Source: Dudresnaya verticillata (lineage: Eukaryota). Taken from it: a DNA stretch of 64,000 nucleotides. The DNA lies in the NCBI GenBank assembly GCA_977862235.1, contig OZ374560.1:682001-746000 (forward strand). The letters are read 5' to 3'. The notes under the pieces were generated by a model. It was not told the origin of the DNA. It made no database searches and saw only the letters and a list, made by a program, of their open reading frames with translations. Position numbers and translations under genes: made by a program. Below are positions 9,303-19,580 of this stretch, piece after piece (position 1 is the first letter of the stretch; the number at the start of each line of letters is the position of its first letter).

Positions 9303-12300
9303 AGCTTCTAGATTTCTGATGAAAAAGGGAATATACTTGTACAACAACAAGCTCCTGTTCCTGCCCGGTAAACTTATAGAATATGAATTATTTCCCCTCG
9401 CTTTCTTCCGCTGACCAGAACAAACTAGTTTGCGGGTTTGGACACAACTCGTAAACAAGTTTACGAAGGTTTGGGCCAAGTGATGACAGGGGTTCCCCCA
9501 GTAGCCATCTTGAGATGGTAGCATAGTAGCTACCAAGTCCGCGACGAGCGCGTTTTTCGCATAGTAGCGGAGGCCAGCCGGTGTAACCCACTGAGTCACT
9601 AGAACGAATAGAACTAAAGTTATAACAGAACTTGCAGGTAGTAGAGGAATAGCGGTGGGCGGGTTGGGAATAAAAAATAGTTCAGCAGCCGCACGCGACT
9701 GAGTTGTCAAGATACTGGGAGAGTGTAGGGCGGCAACGAGCAACTTCTGCGAACCAAAAGTCAGGTGCCTGGCTTGGTGATGGTTCAGGTCTGGCCTGGA
9801 GGGGAGGGGGCAGACCCGCGGATTGTTCCCGCATTTGTGTGCCACTGTTTGTATTCTCGACGATCGCCGCGCCGCCCCGAAACTTTTTCGAACCGGTGTC
9901 GAAGAGGTTTCAGAACTTCGTGTACGTCGCACGCTGTCTCCAATCCGGATTAGCGCCTTGATCCACTTCCAGATGACTTTCGTCCAACTCATCCCGCTAT
10001 CGACATAAAACCATTTCCACGTGCCTCGAAACACAGGTCTTTCAGGATTGCTAACGCTAGCTAGATTGAAAAACGTCATCCTCAAGCATCAAGCCGCAAG
10101 GATGATGACGAGATACCGTAAATAAACACCATCCTCGAGGCTTGAGGCAGCAATTAGCACGTAACTACTCGAATTCATTATCAGATTCGTGCTGAATGGG
10201 ACTCCCGAATGCATTTCGGCGAACGAAAGAATATCAGACTGTCAGCATTACCAAGAAGAAGTATATTCATGCGAAGATTTAACTTCTGTTCTGCGGTAGA
10301 CAAGGCGTCCTCAAATCCACGGCCGCATTAGTGCAGGATTCCAGGTTGGCACTCTACGATTTATTAACTTCTCGCGCTTAGGAAGGGTACCTCCCCCTTC
10401 GCTGAGAAATTATCTCTAATCACCTGAGTGACAACTTGAGTTTTTCAGTTTATCCCAATAGGCGCTAATCGGAGCCAACTTACAAGTTTTCCTGCTCATC
10501 CTAGTGCCCTAGATCTTGCAGGGTATAGTCCTTGTTCTAGTGGATAAAGACCCATCTCTCACATTGCACGTTCACAGGAGATGCTCCCGCATAGTGCGTC
10601 CAAAGGCTGCTACGATGGCTACAACTGATCACCTTCTGCCTTGACCAGAAGTCTAACAAAGTCAAATCAGACTTTCCCAAGTCGTCCAGGTGTTGCCTGC
10701 CAAAACACTTGCATGGGCCAGTTTTCCTGATTCAAAACCATGCGGAATGATTTCCATTCGCAGAGCTAGTTGCATCTCGGATTCTGTGTCTAAGTTCTGC
10801 CCAAAGTTCTATTTGTCGGATTCGCAGGAGCTTTCTCGCTCTCACTCTAAACATACCCTGTTGGCCGAATGACACTGGGCAGCAAGGAGACGGCTGCGGA
10901 GCAGGGCATCCCCGCACTAACTGCGGAGCCGAGGATTGCGTTCCCTGCGCTGTCGCGTCAACTAGAGACTCACTCACAGGCACGATCAGGTGTTTAAGTC
11001 GCGGAAGATTTCGAAGGGATGCCTGTTGCAGGGAAGGGACAATGCTATTTGATAACCATGTGCGTGTTATCGGGCATTATCTGGTGCCTGGAGACGACCG
11101 CGTCGATGTATAGTTGCACGGAGCCCGGAGCTGACAAATGTTAGAAATGAACTTTTTTCTATCCCCACGTCCTCCGATCTCAAGGTGTGTATGTACATCG
11201 GCCGTTGTTGAGAATATTGAGCTCAAAGAATTGTTGCAGCAAGGCACATTTCTACCACCTTATTGGACGCATCAGGCTCCGGGTACAGTTGCTCAAAGAA
11301 ACTATTGCTGTTGCAGCACAATACAGTTGTATACCCCGTTGGCGACCAATGCTTTAACAACAGATTGCCAAGCTATCAATAAGAAGACAAAATGGCAAGT
11401 CTTGATGATTTTCGGGCATTCAGTGGATGTGAGTGTACCATGCTTTCCGGCTGCTGCGCCACGCACAAAAAGATTATCTCTGGGACATGATGCTTTGCTT
11501 CAAGGATGCAAGGATGAACATCCCTAGGGGTGTGTTGAATATACGAGAGGATCAAGAAGAAATCTCAAGGGAACATACCATCCCTGGGTTTGGTAATATT
11601 TTCGGAGGAAAAGGCAATAGGCAAAAGTGCAGTCCACGGCCGCCTACTTCAAGACAGGTAGGGGCCTTTCAAGGCACGTTTGGCTGATGGCAAGGTGAGA
11701 TTCGTAACTTCTCACTCATTAAGAGGTGTTTCAGTAGCTTGAAGAGTTATGGGGTTGCCGGGTTTGAACTGAGTGTCGATATTGCTTTCGCCGAGGAGCC
11801 CAACAACCTCATCTTGAGCAAACTTTGTCATACCGCGCCCGTGGATGTCATTGACTGGGTCATTTCGCTGATGCACTCTGGGGATATCCGGGTATCTAGA
11901 GAGTCTACATGCGCAGGATTTGTACCTTACGCTCTTTGTTCGGAAGGAAATGGCATGCATCTGTCTCAGTCTATTGGGAAGCATCATTTTCTGGGTGATG
12001 AATGTAACAGGGGTAAGAAGTTTCCTTTACGACGAAAAAACTAAGAATCTGTATTGGGTCCCTTCCAGTGGGATTACTTTCATGAAGGTCGAGAGTGATC
12101 CCTACAGTGCTGTGCACAAGTTTGAACGCCAGACAGCGGGGAGCCTGGGTATTAATGAGAACGACCTGAAAATTGTTTGGTCAAATATATACTAGGAAAA
12201 GACTTGGTTTAAAGAATGTAGAGCTATGTTAGCCATGGACGCGCACTATGTGTTCCATAGGCAAATGGCGGACAAACGTCGCGTTTTGCTGCCGTCGCCA

Positions 12301-14746
12301 GCAAACGGCAGCCTGCCGAGTGAAAAACATCTTGGGTCTGAATCCTCGCAAACAGACCGCCTGTTCTTCTTTCCACTCATACAAATCGATGCCAGACTCA
12401 ACTTAGCGTTCCCCACACTTCTCGGCCGCAACTAGACCGAGACCGGCCGGGCAAAGCTGCATGTAGATATGTCCGCCTCCTCTCACGCCGGACACCTGTC
12501 GAGGCCGGCGCGTCCTATGCAAGTTGGATGGTGCGAATTGTAGGTGTGCGAATGTTGCCTTCGCGATACATCATGACGCAGTCCTTCCGACCGTGTGGCT
12601 GGTGGAGTAGCTGCGCGTTGTCAACAACAGCCACTGTAATCACATTCTTATACCGAAGAACACAGGAAGTCTCCCACCGTACGACTGGCGCCCTGATCCC
12701 ACCAAGCTTCCGCCCCATGGCCCATTTGCAGCTCGCCCCGGCCCCCCCTCGCTCCCTCAGTATCTCGCTCAGCACTCATACTGCTGGCCGCGCAGACGCC
12801 TCGCCATGCCAAGCTCCTGCCACTCGACGTCGAAAAGCTTTCTCTCTCTGAACGCATCCGCGTGTTCGACGCAGCTCTTCTCGTCCTCGACGACAAAGGT
12901 TGCGGTCGCAGTGCTGCTCACGCAAGCTCCTGGTCCTTGGATGTGCCGGCCCGGGCGTCGGCCATCTTGCGTAGAACACGCTGGGGCAGGCTCCATGCCT
13001 TCTTGTCGGCAGTTGCGGCGTTGCTGTCGGCAAGCTCATTCTCGACGATGGGCCGAGGGCGGCACTGATGCGAAGCGCGAAGCTCGCAGCGAAAGTCATC
13101 CCGCTTTGCCACGCTGCAGACTTGACTCACCCAGCAGGCGGCGCAGGCATTGCCCCTCAGGGGCCTGACATGGCGTTAGGAATACCCGGGCGCGCAGTGG
13201 CGTTCTTGTTGCTCAATCCGGTGCTGCGCACTGCACGTACTGTACGTGTGGTATGGTTCTGAAATGCTGAAATGCTGCAGATCTGTTGAACAGAACTGCA
13301 GATCTGTAGAACAGACCCCCAGCAATTCACGAAATATTTTGAAGCTTTCTTGACTTTGCTAATCCGGATCCAGTCACCTGGATGCGATAATCCGGATCTG
13401 CCCGAACAAGCATCGCGAGACCTACCCGATCCTGCTGCATTGCAGTGCTGCCTTCAAGAGCAGTCATGCGAGGACCTGGTCCACAGCCTGATAGACCCTG
13501 CACCCACTTCAGCACCAGTACCCCTCAGAACAAGCAATCACCTTTGGCTAGCATACACGAACAATGATCCCGATTGTTGTTTTTGTCGATGCCAAGGTTA
13601 CCGTGCTGCTCAACAAGTCCTGCATGGACCTCACTCAATAGTATATCCCGGCGCAATTAATCGATTCGTCTATTGCCTTTATCGCTTCCATTGTTCCTGT
13701 AGATCTATACACTCGGGCAGCAAAAGAAAAGATTCCGAAGCCGTTTCCCACCTTCTCAAGAGAATAGGTGCATGCCTTAAAAGATTGCAATTCAAGCCAG
13801 CTGCATTGCAGCAGCTAGTTCTAGTTCTTCTCGCCAAGGTTCAGCTGGGATAGAACATATTTTCCGCTGGGCCTGTAAAACGTAAACTTGTACTCAAAGC
13901 AAAATTTCCCATGTCTGTATGTGCGGTTGGGTTAAGCTTAAAATTCCTTTTCTCCCGCTTCTGGTGCTTCTGTAACATATTCTTCTGGAATTCTGAAAGA
14001 AAAGTCGATGTACAGCAGTTACAACTCAATAAAAGCTTTTGCTCTGCCGATAAATGTTTCAATCATGCCAACACATGCAACTTTGAGGTCCTTTTGCTTT
14101 CGTAACTCATAGAATTGGAATCAGAAACTGAGAGTACCCAAAGGGCCGGAAGAAAATGCAACTCGTTGCTGAGCTGTCTTCCGGGACGTGAAAAATTGCA
14201 CCCGTAAACTCTTACAGCCGAAGCTACAACGCGCCGATGTCAGTTCTCCGTGGCTATCTATTGCAACCTTTAGTGCTTCCTCCACAGGACCAATCCCTTG
14301 TGGTACCCGAAATACACAGAATAATTCAGCAACATATGAATTAGCATAATGTTTCGTCCAGTTCACTCAAGCAGCCTCCAACTGCCTTGCTATTAGTCCT
14401 TGTTTAAAGCAAACAGTATCCTGCCCTGGAAAAATGCAAACTGGAACAGGAAGTCTTCGCTGGATGCTGAGTTGTCCTAGCTCATCCAATCTGTCAACCA
14501 AACTCTCCGCCATCCTGTTGCTCCAGATAGTTGTATTTAACCTCATCGTTTCTATCAACGCAAGGGACTGTTACCTTACATCAATTCAACGAAAACTCGG
14601 CGATCGGCTTTTCTAGAACTACGCAACTCTTTAACTTTACACAAAAAAGTTAATCAGTGAACCATTACACTCTCTCAGTTGAGATCAGATACAGCACCCA
14701 TTTTGTTTGGCACTTCAGCGTCTTAAATTGCTGGACAGCTTCGAAG

Positions 14747-17389
14747 ATGCAGTCGTCAACACATTCTGAGAATGTTCCAAGGCTTTTGCCAATGACCAGG
14801 CCGCCACACAAGAAGTCCTATCGGAATCGGGAATTTAAAGTTGCATCAAACTATTTCAAGCTTAGAACCCTAGGCAAGCCTCACCCAATTCATCCTGTTC
14901 TTCAATATAACGTGGAAATCTATCGCTTGAAGAAGAAACGGAAGCCGAGGCAAAACGAGACAAGCCAAGAAGCAAGAAAAACGTTGAAAGCTGATGATCC
15001 ATCTTTTGAGTGGGTTGATGTTACCCCGTATGAGCGCTTCTCGTTCAACCGAAATGTTTTCCGAGAGTTTGTTTCAAGGAACTTTTCTTCCGTGCGCAGT
15101 CGAGTTTCATACGATGGTCGATCTACAGCATTCAGTTCCGGGCAGACTGCTTATGATGCTATGAGGAACGTATTGAATACTGTTAATGAGATTGAAGTGC
15201 GCATGGATGGCAACCCGTGCAATCCCAATGACACCCTTGGAGACAAAGAAACTACAAGGTTAATTATAAAAGAGCCAAAGTCTTTGGCACTTGACTTCCT
15301 TTCGAATGACAAGTCTACAGCATTGCCAAATGAAGAACAGATTACAGCTTTAAATCTTGTGCTTACCAGCTGCATGGAGTGCAGCACGAACATTGTACAG
15401 CTTGGCCGTTCCTTCTTCGACAAAAGTCCCAACGCAATAGATCCTTTGAACGAATGTGCAGACATTTGGACTGGGTTCTTTGCAAGCGTGAGGCCCTCCC
15501 AGAACAACTTGCTAGTCAACATTGATCAGATGGTGACTGCAGTCTGGAAAAATTCAGGTAGGCATTTGAAAGAACTCATCCGCATGCTGAACGGTGGTTT
15601 CGACGTTACCTCGACCGCTCAGGGCAAGGATATTTCTGTATTCCTAGCAGGTATTCGATTCCGAGCTCGCCACACGCGCAGGGTCTACAAATTCTATGGG
15701 TTCTCTGAGCTGGGAGTGACAGGAGAAACGTTTAGGATGGAGAATAATCAGGAGGTTACTGTATTCGATTACTTTTCACATGAGTATCCGAACTTTCCTC
15801 TAAGAGACACACGCGCTCTTTGCATCATGGCGAGCCCAACGGGAAGGGTGAAATTGCCTGTCGAACTTTTAGAAATTGTTGAAGAGCAGAAGTACACCAA
15901 TGCCTTATCTGGAGAAGAGATAAAGCTCTTGCAGAATGCCTCTCGATCAGACCCAGGGCGCCGGTTACAAAATATTACATTGTGCAAATCCCACCTTGGA
16001 GAACAGCTAGGGCGGGCTGGCCTGCCGATCTTGCCCTCGGCGACGCCGCATCAAATGGTCACGGCTCGTACCCTGCAGGAACCGACAATCCAGTATAGAG
16101 CTGCGGCCGTCTCCGCCCAACGAGGGCAGTGGCGCCCGCACGCAAAATGCACTTTCCGATTCCCTGCCTATTTGGCTTCTGATTGGATTTTGATTTATGT
16201 CGATCGTCGTGAAAATTATGCAATCAAGGACTTCATAAGACAGCTAGTTAATACAGGAACGGCGCAGGGCATGACCATCGGGAACCCGGCTCGTTGTCTT
16301 CGCGCAGCAAGAGCAGATGACATTGTTAAGGAAATGCGAGGGAATCGTACTCACAACGGAGTTCCAATCCGCCTCTTTGTAATAGTCATAAGGCCTGGGC
16401 CAGGGTACGAAAAAATTAAGAGCACCGGAGATATCGAGCTTGGCATCGCGACCCAAGTGTGCCTTTGGCGCACTTGGAAGCCATGGTTTTATAGCAACTT
16501 GCTCTTGAAGATTAATGTGAAGGCTAATGGAAGGAATTTCATTGCAAACTTTCCTCAAGACTTCTGTTTCAGAAAGAAGGCACATATTGTCCTTGGCGCA
16601 GACGTGACGCACGGAGCGCCTGGAGGTAGGTCCCGCAGTATTGCTGCTCTTGTAGGGATAAACTACTCGGGCGAGGACGTGGTCAAAGATTTCTGTGCGA
16701 GCACAGTCAATGTGCAGCTCGAACGTCAAGAAATTATTGCCAGGATTGGGGAAATGTTCGAACGTCTTTTCAACACATGGAGTGGTGGGAAGAAGGGGTA
16801 CCAATGCCCAAACAACATCATAATGTTTCGTGATGGTGTTTCAGAGAGCCAGTTCGAAGAAGTTCTGGGTACCGAGGTTCAGGCCATTCGAGAAGCTTGG
16901 CGTAAGCTGAACCAGATACAGCCCCTTCATCTCACCTACATTATTGTGACAAAGCGACATCATACCAAGTTTTTCAACATTCGGAGCGGCGGGGGAGCTG
17001 GAAATGTGAAGAACATTGACGCAGGTACGGTTGTTGATAATGGGATTGTCAGCAACAGGTTTTATGACTTCTATCTTTGCTCCCATGAGGGCATAAAGGG
17101 GACAAGCAGACCGGCCAAGTACACAGTTCTTCTTGATGAAAACAAAATCAACTCTGAATCTCTGCAGCAGTACATCTATTGTTTATGTCACAACTTTGGC
17201 AGCTGTCACCGCTCAGTTTCTCTAGTGAATACTGTTTACTACGCTCACCTGCTAGCCGCGAGGGCTAGTGTGTATCTAAAAGCAGCAGGAAAGCTTCCTC
17301 CCGGGCTTTCAGACGAAGGACAGCTCCTTGAACTGAATAGAAGAGTTGCTGTCAATGACAACCTTCGCTCGATTCTGTTCTTTTTGTAA
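14747..17389 (+). CDS. AGO: Argonaute protein A (880 aa, intronless)
   Basis: N domain (SNYF, YDG), L1 (GFFASVRP), PAZ (DYF...LPVELL), MID (Y-K-Q-K phosphate pocket) and PIWI motifs GADVTH, QE, RDGVSE, KRHHTKF, SHEGIKGTSRP, YYAHL. First ATG is 14747; the ORF track starts at an upstream GTG. Confidence 0.97.
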   Translation: MQSSTHSENVPRLLPMTRPPHKKSYRNREFKVASNYFKLRTLGKPHPIHPVLQYNVEIYRLKKKRKPRQNETSQEARKTLKADDPSFEWVDVTPYERFSFNRNVFREFVSRNFSSVRSRVSYDGRSTAFSSGQTAYDAMRNVLNTVNEIEVRMDGNPCNPNDTLGDKETTRLIIKEPKSLALDFLSNDKSTALPNEEQITALNLVLTSCMECSTNIVQLGRSFFDKSPNAIDPLNECADIWTGFFASVRPSQNNLLVNIDQMVTAVWKNSGRHLKELIRMLNGGFDVTSTAQGKDISVFLAGIRFRARHTRRVYKFYGFSELGVTGETFRMENNQEVTVFDYFSHEYPNFPLRDTRALCIMASPTGRVKLPVELLEIVEEQKYTNALSGEEIKLLQNASRSDPGRRLQNITLCKSHLGEQLGRAGLPILPSATPHQMVTARTLQEPTIQYRAAAVSAQRGQWRPHAKCTFRFPAYLASDWILIYVDRRENYAIKDFIRQLVNTGTAQGMTIGNPARCLRAARADDIVKEMRGNRTHNGVPIRLFVIVIRPGPGYEKIKSTGDIELGIATQVCLWRTWKPWFYSNLLLKINVKANGRNFIANFPQDFCFRKKAHIVLGADVTHGAPGGRSRSIAALVGINYSGEDVVKDFCASTVNVQLERQEIIARIGEMFERLFNTWSGGKKGYQCPNNIIMFRDGVSESQFEEVLGTEVQAIREAWRKLNQIQPLHLTYIIVTKRHHTKFFNIRSGGGAGNVKNIDAGTVVDNGIVSNRFYDFYLCSHEGIKGTSRPAKYTVLLDENKINSESLQQYIYCLCHNFGSCHRSVSLVNTVYYAHLLAARASVYLKAAGKLPPGLSDEGQLLELNRRVAVNDNLRSILFFL

Positions 17390-19580
17390 GTATAATTATG
17401 GGTAGTTAGCTTCCTATTTCAGAGCTCTGGGATTAGTAGAGACTTCATCATGATTTTTATGCGTTTATAAATCAGGTCAAGCAGACCTGTTAATAGACGT
17501 TCGATACCCCCGATATCGTGATCAAGTTATTAAATCCACTGAAAAACATACTTTTAACCAGTGTTTAATTCTTCCGGCCTGCCAGTGAAGTCCCGCTCTC
17601 CCGTGCAAACCTTCAGATTAGGGTGTATCTGGGAAACGATCAGCCAGAGTGCCATTGAAAGCAATATTTGGATTAGAAAAAAGTCACTTTATACTGCGAC
17701 CCTAGCCATTGCAAGGATAATTTATGGACATGGAAAGTTTTTCTCTACCATTTTCTTAATAGGGATTTTGGTGATGTCGGCAATTCTCCCCCACATTCTT
17801 TGCGATGGAATTGCGCGTCAAAAGTTCGAAGACGTGTGTAGACGCGCAGCATTCTAATAATGACGGTGTGTCTAAGAAATTGACAGCATTCTCTGGCTTT
17901 ACATCGTTTTAGTTTGATTCTATTCAGCTATCGATTAGATTAATGGGATCGGATCAGCAGTGCTTTTCAAGTGTCATAGTTCGGGTGAGAGGACAATGGT
18001 TTATCTACAATTGATAAATATGGTGAGAAACACAGCATAAACTTCTGGACATAGAGGCCCTCATATCACTTTCTCATTCAAAGCAGTGTTCGTTCGAAAC
18101 CCCATATTGCAGGTTTGAGTGTATCATTCCAAAAAGTGCACCAAAGAAATTTTACGTCGTGTAGTCTAGAATAGGTCTTAACTCCAGATTCTGAACAAAC
18201 TAGTATCGACAAAACATACAAAGTTCTGCAGCCATCGAATAATCAGCCACGCAAACCGATCGATTCCATCATGGAAAGCTTTGGTTTGCTAATTGAAACT
18301 CAAAGATTTACTCCATTCAGGATAGTGCAGGTTCTCAAAGCAATGACGATCTTCACCATCACCGAATTCCATAACGGTTCCTTTCTGGTACAGAAGACAG
18401 TTTCCTGGATTGCTGCTGTCCATGGCAAAATGTTGGGACCGGGTAGCATTCTGTCTGCCTAAGAGCTTGAAAATAGCGAGAGGTTTGAGAGAAAATATTC
18501 ATTATCGCGCTTGCGAAGTGGATGTCATTGTAGAGTTATCGCAGAACACTGCCGACTCAATCCGTACATAAATGTGCGAGGCTTCGCACAAAGAAAATGG
18601 ATCGAAAATGATTGTTGAATCAACGAACGGCAGCGATGGTCTCATCTACACTGTTCCACACAGAGGGGAACGTCATCTACTAACAAGTAGTAACTAACAT
18701 TGTCGATAAATAACGTCGGACACACCGAAGTGTACAAGTGTGCTGCAGTACATGTACTGGAAAACCAGAGTTTGCGTTTCCACCTGCGGCTAACGGTATG
18801 AACTACTACTATCCTTTTCCAGAAGCGATTTGTTCAACAGTATTTTTTAGTATCGGGCAAGGGCAAGTCTTCACAAGCAACCACGTCGGTTGCCTCCATC
18901 CGCAGCTAGCAAAAGGCAACAAAGGGTGCAAAATCTATAAAGAAAAGCGCCTTCTCAATTATGCACATTTGTGATGGACAGTCGTTAAGGAATAAGGCCT
19001 TCCTCAGATCGTGCAGTGCACTGTTCGGGAAACAGCCGTGTCCCTGTGAGGTCAGTCTTGAATCCGGCCTACAGCTTTAAATGGTTCAAAAGAATGCAGT
19101 TTTATGACTCTATCGAACTTGTGGAATCCGATAAATCGTGGGGAAGGTGTACAGATGTTGCGGTAGCCGTACGATTGTTGGCCGGGAATTAATCACTCTC
19201 TTCAAAAGATGCGAGAATTTAATCTTGGGTGCTGTTTTCCTGTTCTCCCTACTCCAAACACATTTCCCTGGTGGATTCAGTGCAGATGTACAAAAAGATA
19301 ATATGCTTTCGATACTTTAAGCCCCCATCGATCCCTCCCAGGTCGCAAATACGCAGCTGTACGGTCCGTCTATTGCACATGCCTAGTGATGACTATATTT
19401 CAGGCCACTTTTCAGCGCTGCTTGCCGGGCAATCTTTCTTCAGCACCACCTGCTTGGCATCCTCCAAAGCATCCTTTCCCACGGCAATTCACCGTTCATC
19501 TCTCTTCGGCTAGTGCATTTGTCTAGTCCAAGGTTCCTGTTCTCTGAGCACAAACAAGCACAACCTCAGCCCACTCCAGG

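Noticed and set aside
9308..14650. Short ORFs, including possible pseudogene pieces at 11433-12195 and 12770-13170
   Set aside because: No recognisable domain and no consistent frame; left unannotated.
14657..14746. GTG-initiated N-terminal extension of AGO A
   Set aside because: Eukaryotic context; ATG 14747 aligns with the start of AGO B.
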